From Escherichia phage saus132: 64,000 nt of DNA. The notes under the pieces are model-generated. The model was not told the origin of the DNA and ran no database searches. It saw only the letters and a program-made list of their open reading frames with translations. The stretch lies in the sequence record NC_047884.1; one strand, written 5' to 3'. Positions 47,492-56,869 of the stretch are shown here, piece by piece. The translations under genes and the position numbers were made by a program. Positions within the stretch are counted from its first letter, which is position 1, and every line of letters starts with the position of its first letter.

Positions 47492-48124
47492 TTATTCTTT
47501 AACGTAGCCTAAAGCTATCGCAAGTTTTTCTAGTTCAGAAAGATTACGTTCTTGAGCTGGGACAGCCTTAGAACTTATTGCAGTAAAAGATTTGCGCCAT
47601 TCAGTATAATCGTGGCCATTCATACTCTTAGCGAGGTTGAACGTTGAGTCCTGATTACAGGGTACAGAAACTACCGAAACTTCGTATAGTTCTAAATCTT
47701 TAATAATAAATATGTCAGTAGCTTCATCCCATTCTGCATCTAGGCAGCGGAATCCGATACTAAAAGTTTTCAGTACACCGTTTTTAATTAGTGAAAAGAT
47801 AGCCGGGTCAGAACTTTCATAGATCTCGCATTCGATTTCGAGACCCATTTCAGTAGGGTTAAGATCAATACACTTACCGATTGGACGACGATGATCGTGT
47901 CCGAAAAGAATAATCGGGTTTTTCATATAGTTAGCAAGTGCATTAGATGTTTTCCACGCAGAAGCAGGAATTACATCACCAGCGCGATCTTTACTAATTG
48001 TATTAGCGAATCCACGGATTTTTACAACACCCTCTTTGGATTCGCTATCAATAGATTTAATATAAGCATCTAAATGAACGGGTGCTGATTTTAACTTGTT
48101 ATAGTCAATAGCAGCTTGTGTCAT
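47492..48124 (-). CDS. Prohead maturation protease
   Basis: 210 aa between decoration and capsid genes; size matches remembered T5 protease. Confidence 0.7.
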   Translation of the reverse strand: MTQAAIDYNKLKSAPVHLDAYIKSIDSESKEGVVKIRGFANTISKDRAGDVIPASAWKTSNALANYMKNPIILFGHDHRRPIGKCIDLNPTEMGLEIECEIYESSDPAIFSLIKNGVLKTFSIGFRCLDAEWDEATDIFIIKDLELYEVSVVSVPCNQDSTFNLAKSMNGHDYTEWRKSFTAISSKAVPAQERNLSELEKLAIALGYVKE

Positions 48125-48127
48125 TTA

Positions 48128-48610
48128 TTAGCCTCCAACACCAGGGTTAATTGTAGTTACACACTCGTTAGAAGTAATAGAAGTAGATTTACTATCCGTT
48201 ACAACAACTTTGTAAGTACCAGCATCTTCTGCAGCAGCTGTAGCTTTGTTGAAATTAGGGCCAGTAACACCACTTAGTGGAGAACCGTCTTTAGTCCAAG
48301 CATAAGTATATGGTGCAGTACCACCAGTAACTGTTACGCCCAGATTAATTGCTGCACCAGTATCAACAGCTAGAGTTTTAGCCAGATTCTTCGTGAAAGC
48401 TAGAGCCGGAACAACCGGAGCAGTAACTTCGTATGCTTCTTTGAACTTATTCCAAACCTTGCGGTTGGTATGTGCAGTGGTCATTCCAAACTCTTTACGT
48501 AGAGTAGCGTAGTTTGGAACGAACTTGTGTGCTGCAACCGTAGCAAAGAAGATATGAGATTCTGGCAGCTTTTCACCAAAAATGGCCTTTAGACCATCAT
48601 AATCAATCAT
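48128..48610 (-). CDS. Capsid decoration protein with C-terminal Ig-like domain (T5 pb10-like)
   Basis: 160 aa; C-terminal GGTAPYTYAWTKDGSPL...AGTYKVVVTD Ig-like segment. Confidence 0.7.
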   Translation of the reverse strand: MIDYDGLKAIFGEKLPESHIFFATVAAHKFVPNYATLRKEFGMTTAHTNRKVWNKFKEAYEVTAPVVPALAFTKNLAKTLAVDTGAAINLGVTVTGGTAPYTYAWTKDGSPLSGVTGPNFNKATAAAEDAGTYKVVVTDSKSTSITSNECVTTINPGVGG

Positions 48611-49824
48611 TCTTTATCCCCATCGGCAGTGCCTTGCGGTCTACCACCTTCTTGACCAGATACACCTGTTGCAGAACCAGCAACGTTAGCAGGAATACGA
48701 ATCTTATTCATCTGCTCATCATCTAAAGGTTCAAGGTTAAGCTCTTCACGAGCCTCGTTACCAGTCATGATACCGTTATTAACCAAAGAGGTTAAATGTT
48801 TAGCCTCAGCTTCTTTATCTGGCGTCAGTGCAGCTACTTCCTTAGTATTAGGAGTAACCTTGTAGCCAAAGAAGAAAGTAAGAGAACTAGTCAGCTTGTT
48901 CAGCATAGGAATGATAGTCATGTAATAGAACAATTCGATGTTTGGTCGAATGTTAGCATTATTACCACCATCAAGTAACACTTGCGGAACACCAAAGGCA
49001 AGACAGATGGATTTATTAAATCCTTCGATATCTTCCTTGAAGTCTAGATCTTTAAAAGAGGATATTTGGGAGTACGGTTTTGCTTTCATACCACCATCTA
49101 GAATCAGGACAGTAGACTGACCCGTACTAGGATTATAATCGAGTTGTAATTCTTCTTGTTTACGCTCACGCAATTTCTTGTTCAGGATTTCATCCGTCTC
49201 AAGAATAAGACCAATCACTGTGCCGTTATCGAGGAACTTCTCTTTAAAGTTAAGCATTTTAGAACGCTTCTCAAGAGAGTCAATAACTGTAGCAACACGA
49301 GATTGTCCAGAAATTTGGGAGTTTGTGCCACACACGTAACTGTTATCCTTTATAAAGATAATCTCATCTACGCGATAGTCTATCTGGTTATTAAATATGA
49401 ATTTTTTGATAAACTTATTGGCATCTGCCTCTACTTGCATTAGTGCAGCAGGGACATGGTAAAGTGCTGTGCCATCCCAATAGATGTATGCACAACCCTC
49501 AAAAAGTAGGTCAGTGACTACAAGTCTACGGAATGTGCTTATATCCATGAATGGATTAGGTCGTACATTTAAGAGAGTGTCTAGAGTCTTTGCCTTGACG
49601 CCATTAGCGTACGTGACAATATTATATTTATCTCCGACAGTATAAGAACACTCCGCCGCACTATCAATAACCATGTTAGCAGTTCGGTTGAGAATCTCAA
49701 TCTTACTGTAGGCTTGTCCAGTGGTAAAGGGCTTACGGTTAGTGCGATGACTAACTGGTTCCATGTCTCTTATAATACGTTGACCCGGATTTAGCTTTTC
49801 AGTAATCCAGCTTTTTAAACCCAT
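48607..49824 (-). CDS. Portal protein
   Basis: 405 aa ORF between terminase region and head genes. Confidence 0.75.
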   Translation of the reverse strand: MGLKSWITEKLNPGQRIIRDMEPVSHRTNRKPFTTGQAYSKIEILNRTANMVIDSAAECSYTVGDKYNIVTYANGVKAKTLDTLLNVRPNPFMDISTFRRLVVTDLLFEGCAYIYWDGTALYHVPAALMQVEADANKFIKKFIFNNQIDYRVDEIIFIKDNSYVCGTNSQISGQSRVATVIDSLEKRSKMLNFKEKFLDNGTVIGLILETDEILNKKLRERKQEELQLDYNPSTGQSTVLILDGGMKAKPYSQISSFKDLDFKEDIEGFNKSICLAFGVPQVLLDGGNNANIRPNIELFYYMTIIPMLNKLTSSLTFFFGYKVTPNTKEVAALTPDKEAEAKHLTSLVNNGIMTGNEAREELNLEPLDDEQMNKIRIPANVAGSATGVSGQEGGRPQGTADGDKE

Positions 49825-50348
49825 TATAAGAACCTTGCGAATCCTGATTTAGTTTCAGTCTTGACTTGTGTCTTTTCTTGAGGATTCTGTAGCTTTTCCT
49901 TTTGTTTAAGAACCCATGCCTTCTGCTTATTAGCAGAAAAAAGGGGAGGTTCCTTAGTGTACACCTTATGTAATAGTTGGTGATGGTGGACACAAAGGGT
50001 AACAGTGTCATCTACTAGCTCATGCCTATATCTTTCATAGAATGCCGTCCTATTTGAGAGGACTGTTTCTTCGTCAGTGAAATCCAATTGGAGTTCTTTA
50101 GCAAATTTTTTAACTAGTAGAGACACTGTATGGTAATGATGAAGCTCTAATTCTTCACCACAACCACAGATTTCGCAGCGATCGGCTTTTTTATATTGAC
50201 TTTTTATACCGTCTCGCATGAGTGATATAGCATCACGTTTATATTTTACATTTCCTGCCACAGTATTCTCCTCAACTGTATGAATATAGTATACATAATC
50301 ATGTCGAATTTGTAAAGGGGATTTTAAAATGCAGGAATGGGATACCAA
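49824..50348 (-). CDS. HNH-type endonuclease-like protein between terminase and portal (start uncertain)
   Basis: CEICGCGEELELHHYH...CVHHHQLLH Cys/His cluster. Confidence 0.5.
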   Translation of the reverse strand: MVSHSCILKSPLQIRHDYVYYIHTVEENTVAGNVKYKRDAISLMRDGIKSQYKKADRCEICGCGEELELHHYHTVSLLVKKFAKELQLDFTDEETVLSNRTAFYERYRHELVDDTVTLCVHHHQLLHKVYTKEPPLFSANKQKAWVLKQKEKLQNPQEKTQVKTETKSGFARFL

Positions 50349-50375
50349 CTGAGTAGTATCCCATCCTATACTTAT

Positions 50376-51692
50376 TTATTTCCCACGGGAAATTGAGTAA
50401 ATTCCATAACGCAGTGCGTCACAAAGGTGAGAGTTCGCATCATGACGTGGTTTTTCACGTGATAATTTCTCTTCGCCCTCCTGGAAGTCCCACTTGTAGT
50501 TCGCTAGGGCGTGGATCAGTGAGGTACATGAAGCATCTACGATGATCTTACCTTGCTGGAACAGTGCTTGTAGGCATGCCAGACCATCTAGGACAGATTT
50601 CTTAGCAGGAGCAGAAGCGATTTCATGTTCATATGCTAAGTCCTGACGGAACTGAGCAGCAGCGGAGTCTACAAATATACGATCAACGTTATAACGATCT
50701 ATACAGTGCTGTATGTAAGCAGCGTGTTGAGCTGTAGTCTTTTCAGCCTGCTGATACTCTTCTAATACGTAATAAACATCAGTATCATAGTGGTACTTGA
50801 TAGTAAGAACTGCTGTAGGATCACGATAACCAACGTCGATACCAAGTAATGTTTCGAAAGCCTCATCATCTTTAAAGAAGTGACGCATACCCTTGAGGTC
50901 TTTAACATGTTCGATAGCATTGAAGGTGTCAAAGATCTGACCTTCGAATACGGAGAAATCAGCCTCATATTCTTGACGAAAATAGTTTTTACTAACAGTA
51001 CGACGCGCTTCTTCGATATCGTTCAGGTCAGCGCGTGGGTTATCACGATATGTACCATGAATAGATACCCAGTTAGGTAACGTTTCATTAAATCCTTTCT
51101 CGTAGAACTCTTTGAACCAGTTACCACCACGAGGTGTAGAAATAAATAGAGCTTTAGAGTTTGGTTTATCTAGGGTAGGACGTAACTGAATATCGAAAGC
51201 TGCACCACCAACGTCGGAAATCGCTGCTTCGTCAAAAATGATGAAGTCATATGAACGACCAACCGCGGAGTCAGCCTGTGCCGCAGAAGCCAGCTTAAAG
51301 AGAGAACCATTCGCTAGTTCAATCTCCTTATCTTTGGCGTTCTCACGTTCAGTCTGTAGTCCATATTTCTTAATAAGACCACGAATCTGAGACCAACCGA
51401 TGTTAGCCAGTGAGTAGTTAGGTGCAACTACTAGCACCTTCACATTAGGCTCCAGAAGCTTCAGGAACCCAAGTGTATATGCGATGAATGACTTACCTAC
51501 ACGACGTGATACACATGCAGTTACGAAACGGTGTCTAGGATCTTCCAGCGCGTTAATAATTGCAACCTGAGGGGCATTAGGTGTAATTCCCTCTTGTGCT
51601 AGGATGCTAGAGACTGGTAGACGAAAGAATCGTTTGTCAATACCAAAGTCAATAACATCTGTGGTGTTAATATAATCTCTAGAGACTTTCAT
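50376..51692 (-). CDS. Terminase large subunit
   Basis: 438 aa; Walker A CVSRRVGKSF; C-terminal nuclease acidic motifs DVGYRDPT and DSAAAQ. Confidence 0.9.
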   Translation of the reverse strand: MKVSRDYINTTDVIDFGIDKRFFRLPVSSILAQEGITPNAPQVAIINALEDPRHRFVTACVSRRVGKSFIAYTLGFLKLLEPNVKVLVVAPNYSLANIGWSQIRGLIKKYGLQTERENAKDKEIELANGSLFKLASAAQADSAVGRSYDFIIFDEAAISDVGGAAFDIQLRPTLDKPNSKALFISTPRGGNWFKEFYEKGFNETLPNWVSIHGTYRDNPRADLNDIEEARRTVSKNYFRQEYEADFSVFEGQIFDTFNAIEHVKDLKGMRHFFKDDEAFETLLGIDVGYRDPTAVLTIKYHYDTDVYYVLEEYQQAEKTTAQHAAYIQHCIDRYNVDRIFVDSAAAQFRQDLAYEHEIASAPAKKSVLDGLACLQALFQQGKIIVDASCTSLIHALANYKWDFQEGEEKLSREKPRHDANSHLCDALRYGIYSISRGK

Positions 51693-52174
51693 TATCTCTT
51701 ACCTCCTCCTGCTAGAGCGGTAATAAGATTCATATAGTTTTCGTCACCACTTCCAGCAATAATATTATTCTGAATATTAGTCTGGTTAGCCGGAGTACGG
51801 GCTGCTGCCTTCACTTTCTCCAGTTCTACCATCATTTTCATTTCTTCCATCTTCATCTTGTGCGCCTTCCAGAGAATATCCATGATATCCTGGTCAGAAC
51901 CCATGCCAGTTTCTTCGAGTTCTTCCAACTTGCGTTTGATAACTTCATCAAGAACTCCGAATAAGCGGTCACGATTACGGAAGCCGCTTTCCATAAAGAT
52001 ATCGTTGAGATAGTTTTTAACTTCCCCACGATTCATTATATCACGAAATGCAATCTCGGACATTCCAAGACTACGAGCGGCGGCAGGAACATCACTACCA
52101 CACTGTAAATAGGCTTCAATAACATCCATGCCTTCGGGAGACATGAGATCGGGAACTAATACATCATTTGCCAT
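51692..52174 (-). CDS. Putative terminase small subunit
   Basis: 160 aa ORF coupled upstream of TerL; HTH-like [16 protein letters not shown]. Confidence 0.55.
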   Translation of the reverse strand: MANDVLVPDLMSPEGMDVIEAYLQCGSDVPAAARSLGMSEIAFRDIMNRGEVKNYLNDIFMESGFRNRDRLFGVLDEVIKRKLEELEETGMGSDQDIMDILWKAHKMKMEEMKMMVELEKVKAAARTPANQTNIQNNIIAGSGDENYMNLITALAGGGKR

Positions 52175-52184
52175 ATATCCTCCT

Positions 52185-53966
52185 TTAGGTTAGGCGTTGA
52201 ACTGTTACACGTAGTCTTGGCAAGAAAACAGCTGCCGCTTCTGCAGCGTGAATGATAACACCCAACTCAACGTTGCCATTACCAAGGTTTTTAATAGTAT
52301 AAATATATCCGTTCCTACGGAAAGCAAACTCATCAGGCCTACTAGCCCAAGTTTGTGTATAACTATAGGAAGTTGTACTGTGATAAGGTACTAGATATCC
52401 AGGTGGCAGAGTAAGAATCTGGTGGAATACACCATCACCAGCAGTATAACTTTGTTGCCGTCTACCTTGTACCTGCCAAGCACTACCTCCGTAAGTACGC
52501 ACAGGCATTCCAGCAGTATTAAGATTACCCATAATAACTTCAGTAGTTAATATAACAGTAGAGTGAGCATTCGGTAATCCCAACCAAACTGTGGCCAAAG
52601 GTGTGTAGAAGTCACCAGCACCAGGGTAGGATGGAGTTATATCGTCCCCTACATAAGTACTTGCAACGTTGCCTGGGAATAACCTGAGGGGTACAGTACT
52701 AGGACTCCAGACAGGTCCATGTTCATTACCAATGGAGTTGGTATTAGTATCTACATACCATTGTTTACCTACACCAAATTTATATAAGCTAATTTGAGAA
52801 GCTGCACCCCCATAGTTAACAGGAGACCACAATCCGCCATTACTAGAGCCGATAAATTCACATCGTGCAGTATTATCACCAAAAACTCCGGTATACGCAG
52901 CGTTATTACCAACATACTCCATATCAGGGCGATAGCCTAAGTTTCCGAAAGCATTCTGGTTAATAAATTTATAGCCTGTATTTGGTAGGCTAACACCTTT
53001 AATAGTAAAGTTAGATGGAGATATTAAGATATCTGAACCGGTAAATGGATTACCAGAAACTCCCATACTACCATTAGAATAGCGCAGATTTAGTACATAC
53101 CAAATAACCTTAGTTGGCGTAACGTTGTACCAGTCCTGTACATATACCTTTCTAGTGGCTTGCGCAGCCATATTAGTTGTAGAACCCCTACAAACGTATA
53201 CTTTAGTAGGAAAGGAGGGGGATTGGTAGTTAATGTTTACGTTATCTGGTAGTACGCCTTTTTTACCTGCGAAGCCACGAATATTAGAACTACAAACATA
53301 AAACCAATCATGGCCTCTACCAGCAGAACCAATAGGCGCCTGCCAGTTAGGATCCCAATAATCAGCGTTACCACCATCTAAAGGAACAGTAGAGACACCA
53401 GTTGGAAAACCCATAAGACTCCAGGCTCTGGCAATGGCTTCACCAGCAGGAACACCACCAGGTCTAAAGATCTGGAAACCAGAGGACTGTAGTAAACTGC
53501 CTCCAGAACCTTGCCTAGCAATAGATTCCTCATGACCAAGACCACCATTATAGATATAAGTACCATGAGCTAAACTATCCCCGATCGCAAAAGCAGATGT
53601 TACAGATAATTCAGCACCAGCACGTGGTGGGTCTTCAAAAAATGATAAGAACTGGCCAACCTGAGATTGAGTACCATTGAGGAATCCTCTATGAGTACCG
53701 TTTATCTCAATAGCAGTTAATATAACTCTACCTGGATCATTGGATTTAATATTTATAATATCCCAAGGCATCTGAGTAACAAAGTATCCATTACCTGCAT
53801 TACCTAGGGCTGCTTCATAAGTCCCATCAACCAGGACGAAAGGCATATCGGAGTGGAAAATACTATTAGTATTTGGAGAATAGTGCTCACCAGTATCACC
53901 ACCATTAGCAGCATTTAGAGATAATACAGTTTTACCATCACTAAATTTTCCTGCGAAAAAACTCAT
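52185..53966 (-). CDS. Receptor-binding protein (T5 pb5/oad-like)
   Basis: N-terminus MSFFAGKF...[20 protein letters not shown] resembles remembered pb5 start; Gly/Asn/Tyr-rich; divergent lipoprotein gene alongside. Confidence 0.7.
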   Translation of the reverse strand: MSFFAGKFSDGKTVLSLNAANGGDTGEHYSPNTNSIFHSDMPFVLVDGTYEAALGNAGNGYFVTQMPWDIINIKSNDPGRVILTAIEINGTHRGFLNGTQSQVGQFLSFFEDPPRAGAELSVTSAFAIGDSLAHGTYIYNGGLGHEESIARQGSGGSLLQSSGFQIFRPGGVPAGEAIARAWSLMGFPTGVSTVPLDGGNADYWDPNWQAPIGSAGRGHDWFYVCSSNIRGFAGKKGVLPDNVNINYQSPSFPTKVYVCRGSTTNMAAQATRKVYVQDWYNVTPTKVIWYVLNLRYSNGSMGVSGNPFTGSDILISPSNFTIKGVSLPNTGYKFINQNAFGNLGYRPDMEYVGNNAAYTGVFGDNTARCEFIGSSNGGLWSPVNYGGAASQISLYKFGVGKQWYVDTNTNSIGNEHGPVWSPSTVPLRLFPGNVASTYVGDDITPSYPGAGDFYTPLATVWLGLPNAHSTVILTTEVIMGNLNTAGMPVRTYGGSAWQVQGRRQQSYTAGDGVFHQILTLPPGYLVPYHSTTSYSYTQTWASRPDEFAFRRNGYIYTIKNLGNGNVELGVIIHAAEAAAVFLPRLRVTVQRLT

Positions 53967-53991
53967 ACAATCTCCTTCTTTAAAAATGTAT

Positions 53992-54020
53992 TTGCTTAGA
54001 TCCCTCTATTTTGCTATAAT
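53992..54020 (+). promoter_or_regulatory. Early-type promoter driving the lipoprotein gene
   Basis: TTGCTT, 17 bp spacer, TGCTATAAT, then ATATTTATAAATTAAACAGAGGAAC. Confidence 0.55.
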
Positions 54021-54049
54021 ATATTTATAAATTAAACAGAGGAACGATT

Positions 54050-54316
54050 ATGAAAAAGTTACTAGCTATCGTAGTTGCAGCAGTAGTGTTGACTGGTTGT
54101 GTACCAGCTCCCGAGCCATTCTGTAAGGCATACGTGAAGTCTTATGGACATGTTGGTGAAGAACACTACGCTTTAGATATTCGAGAAGCACGTACTGTGG
54201 GCTACCGATTCCCTAAAACTCAGTTACGCACTAAGTTTGGGTGGTGGGATTTGTCACAGTTTGATCTCAAATATGGTGATTGCAAATTTAAACTAGAACA
54301 ATCTGGTCACTTGTAA
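54050..54316 (+). CDS. llp: Lipoprotein, putative receptor-blocking superinfection-exclusion protein (Llp-like)
   Basis: Signal peptide with lipobox MKKLLAIVVAAVVLTGC; small size; divergent from the receptor-binding protein gene. Confidence 0.7.
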   Translation: MKKLLAIVVAAVVLTGCVPAPEPFCKAYVKSYGHVGEEHYALDIREARTVGYRFPKTQLRTKFGWWDLSQFDLKYGDCKFKLEQSGHL

Positions 54317-54389
54317 TTAGTATAAAGTAAAAAGATCTCGAAGTAAACAAAAATTTTTATTTCTGGGATGAGGTACAGGTAGCAAACAC

Positions 54390-54600
54390 AATGCAAGATG
54401 AAGAAAAGTCCTTTCAGGAACCTGTTAACTTTGAAATAAATCCCAGGAATAAAAAGCAATACATGATGCAATTGATGAAATCATTCAAGACGTCATAGAA
54501 GATACAGTAGAAGACGTGATGGAACATCCTTCTTACTAGAAGAATCCGGCTTCGACGAAGTAATGGATCTAATCGGGACAGTCGTAATGGTTCGTGCAAT
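54390..54600 (+). pseudogene. Possible decayed gene remnant
   Basis: Three consecutive short protein-like frames (MQDEEKSFQEPVNFEINP..., ...AIHDAIDEIIQDVIEDTVEDVMEHPSY, ...EESGFDEVMDLIGTVVMVRAIARVFQ) separated by frame changes. Confidence 0.3.
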
Positions 54601-54779
54601 TGCTAGGGTATTCCAAATACCAAGACTATAGGAGAAGCAAAGAGATGTCAGAAGACAACAGAAGAAAGAACAGACGTGGGGAAGTGTACGAAAGTTGGAT
54701 AAATAGTTTCGGATTCGGAACTGTATTATTCTTTATCTTTGTACTCTTTTGGTTAGCGGCTATGGCGGGGTGGTTATAA
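54594..54779 (+). CDS. Small membrane protein
   Basis: C-terminal hydrophobic helix FGFGTVLFFIFVLFWLAAMAGWL. Confidence 0.4.
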   Translation: MQLLGYSKYQDYRRSKEMSEDNRRKNRRGEVYESWINSFGFGTVLFFIFVLFWLAAMAGWL

Positions 54780-54882
54780 TGGAAGTAATAATTATTGCTT
54801 TACTAGTTGTGGTAATTATAGAGCAGTGCATCTTAGATAACCACTTAGCTCGTATCGAACGTAAGCTGCGGGGAGACAAGTA

Positions 54883-55128
54883 ATGTTTAGTTTTGTAGCT
54901 ATCTTCATTATCGGGGTACTTGCGGGAATCTTCGGAACACTCGGGGCTATTAACAAACATCGTGAATATATTGCGGGAGTATCGCGGGAGCTTTCGGAAA
55001 GGGAGCGGAAGTTTGCGGAGAAACGTGCGGAGTTTGAGCGAGAATGGTCTGATGGATCTCGGGCGTCGCGGAGGAGGTTTCGTATGTCAGAATCAGGAGA
55101 CAAGCCAGTAGACCGGTGTTCTTCCTAA
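54883..55128 (+). CDS. Small membrane-anchored protein
   Basis: N-terminal helix FSFVAIFIIGVLAGIFGTLGAI then charged tail. Confidence 0.45.
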   Translation: MFSFVAIFIIGVLAGIFGTLGAINKHREYIAGVSRELSERERKFAEKRAEFEREWSDGSRASRRRFRMSESGDKPVDRCSS

Positions 55129-55243
55129 GTTAGCGCTAATTACCAATTCTCGAAATTTCATAAGATTACACATGCGGGTGGGCCCAGAGGTTCCCCAGAT
55201 GAGAATGAGTCTCATTACCGCCCCGGTACTTAGCAAGCTAATA

Positions 55244-55286
55244 GTCACACCATGTTATCATTACACAGTGTGACTATTTTATTTTT
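55244..55286 (+). terminator. Rho-independent terminator
   Basis: GTCACAC-17 nt loop-GTGTGAC followed by TATTTTATTTTT. Confidence 0.55.
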
Positions 55287-55291
55287 AATTG

Positions 55292-56026
55292 TTAGGCAAC
55301 TTTTAATTTATCAATGAATTGTTGCGGAGTGGTACTATATTCCGCGCGTTCTTCCTCGGTCATACCTTCCCAACACATTTTTAAACGTTCGGCTAGGAAT
55401 TGATAATCGTTATCATCATCAAGCGATTCATCAATAAAGGTTTCACCGATCAATGTTACGCCGATTGATAGGATATCATTAACGGCTTGAGCGTCCAGCG
55501 TTTTAAATCCAGCACTTGCCGCCGCCGATAATACACCTTTATGATCATCAATCATTGTAAAATCAGCGTTAGGATATAGCTGTTTAAACAGTTCAAAGTA
55601 ATAAGATTTATATACAGCGTCTTTGCTGTGATATATTTCGCTAACCTTATTTGCATCAAAGTATTTATGTAATGTATCGCGGGAAAATACGCGAATATTA
55701 CTATTTCCGCGCCCTCGCAAGCCTTGTTTACGCAAATAAAAGTAATCGCTTTTAGACATTAAGCGAGCGGTACAAATAATATTTAAAGTATTTGCATCAT
55801 TCATGCACTGGCGCATATATTCAACCAACGGCAATAAAGAATCCTGCATAATTAAATCATGTTTACAGGCTTCGCGGAAATACTTATTTAAATCTAAATT
55901 CCCGTTATCATCAAAGCAAGGCGCTACACGGTGGAAAGAATTAATGATAGTTCCGTCTAAGTCCCAAATCATAACGCGGGAAATATGCGGGAAAGTGCGG
56001 GTAATATTCATATTGACTTGATTCAT
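55292..56026 (-). CDS. dmp: Deoxynucleoside-5'-monophosphatase (HAD family, T5 Dmp-like)
   Basis: 244 aa; N-terminal MIWDLDGTIIN (DxDGT). Confidence 0.75.
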   Translation of the reverse strand: MNQVNMNITRTFPHISRVMIWDLDGTIINSFHRVAPCFDDNGNLDLNKYFREACKHDLIMQDSLLPLVEYMRQCMNDANTLNIICTARLMSKSDYFYLRKQGLRGRGNSNIRVFSRDTLHKYFDANKVSEIYHSKDAVYKSYYFELFKQLYPNADFTMIDDHKGVLSAAASAGFKTLDAQAVNDILSIGVTLIGETFIDESLDDDNDYQFLAERLKMCWEGMTEEERAEYSTTPQQFIDKLKVA

Positions 56027-56113
56027 TTGTTACATTCTCCATTTAAGGGATTTAGGTTAATTCAATCTTGCCAGCTAATTATATTAGATTAGCTGGCAAT
56101 GTTCAATTAACTA

Positions 56114-56506
56114 TTAATTAGTGAGGCCATACGCTAGCGCGTCACCGATAAAGGAAAGATCTTCACCATGTACGCTAGAACGGATACCCGCGCAAGTGTA
56201 AACCATCGCGCTAGCTTCTGGATTGCAGACCGGACACGGCTTAACAACTGCAAACGCTAGACCGGATTTAAGCGCATCAATAATAATTGTTTGCACTGTC
56301 AAAGTATCAGCGTAAACTCCTTTTGCTTTTGTATGGCTTGCCACTTTGCCGGTATCATAAGCAAAGGTAGTAACCTGCAAAGCGTCGTTATAATTCAGCA
56401 AATCGAAATTAACTTGCCCCGCCTCGACGTGATAACGTTCGCCATTAGAATAAACTAGAACGATGGAAGAAGTAGCACGATCAAAAGGAATGTTTTGGTT
56501 TTTCAT
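56114..56506 (-). CDS. Hypothetical pre-early-region protein
   Basis: ORF with GC-richer codon usage typical of this block. Confidence 0.55.
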   Translation of the reverse strand: MKNQNIPFDRATSSIVLVYSNGERYHVEAGQVNFDLLNYNDALQVTTFAYDTGKVASHTKAKGVYADTLTVQTIIIDALKSGLAFAVVKPCPVCNPEASAMVYTCAGIRSSVHGEDLSFIGDALAYGLTN

Positions 56507-56538
56507 GTTTATGACTCCAGATTATTTAATTACGGGAT

Positions 56539-56817
56539 TTATTGAAAAAATACATTTAAAGATAAATCAGTTTTACGAAAATATGTTTCGTCGCCGTCTT
56601 TCCTTTCTTGATTAAGGTAATCGCCTGTCATTACCTGAATAGAATCTTTTCCGAAAAAGATCATATTTTCGCCAATATTACTATCCCATACGGCATACAT
56701 TCCCGCGTACATTCCACGGGTAACTAAATAAACGCAACTATCAAAAGACATTTCAGACCATGCAATATCTTCTAAACAATTGCTATCAGGGATAGATATA
56801 TTAATTTTACTAGCCAT
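56539..56817 (-). CDS. Hypothetical pre-early-region protein
   Basis: ORF between A1-like and dmp-like genes. Confidence 0.5.
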   Translation of the reverse strand: MASKINISIPDSNCLEDIAWSEMSFDSCVYLVTRGMYAGMYAVWDSNIGENMIFFGKDSIQVMTGDYLNQERKDGDETYFRKTDLSLNVFFQ

Positions 56818-56869
56818 TTAATAAACCTTTTATTAATGGCGGTATATTTCAACCGCCGATTAAATTTAA

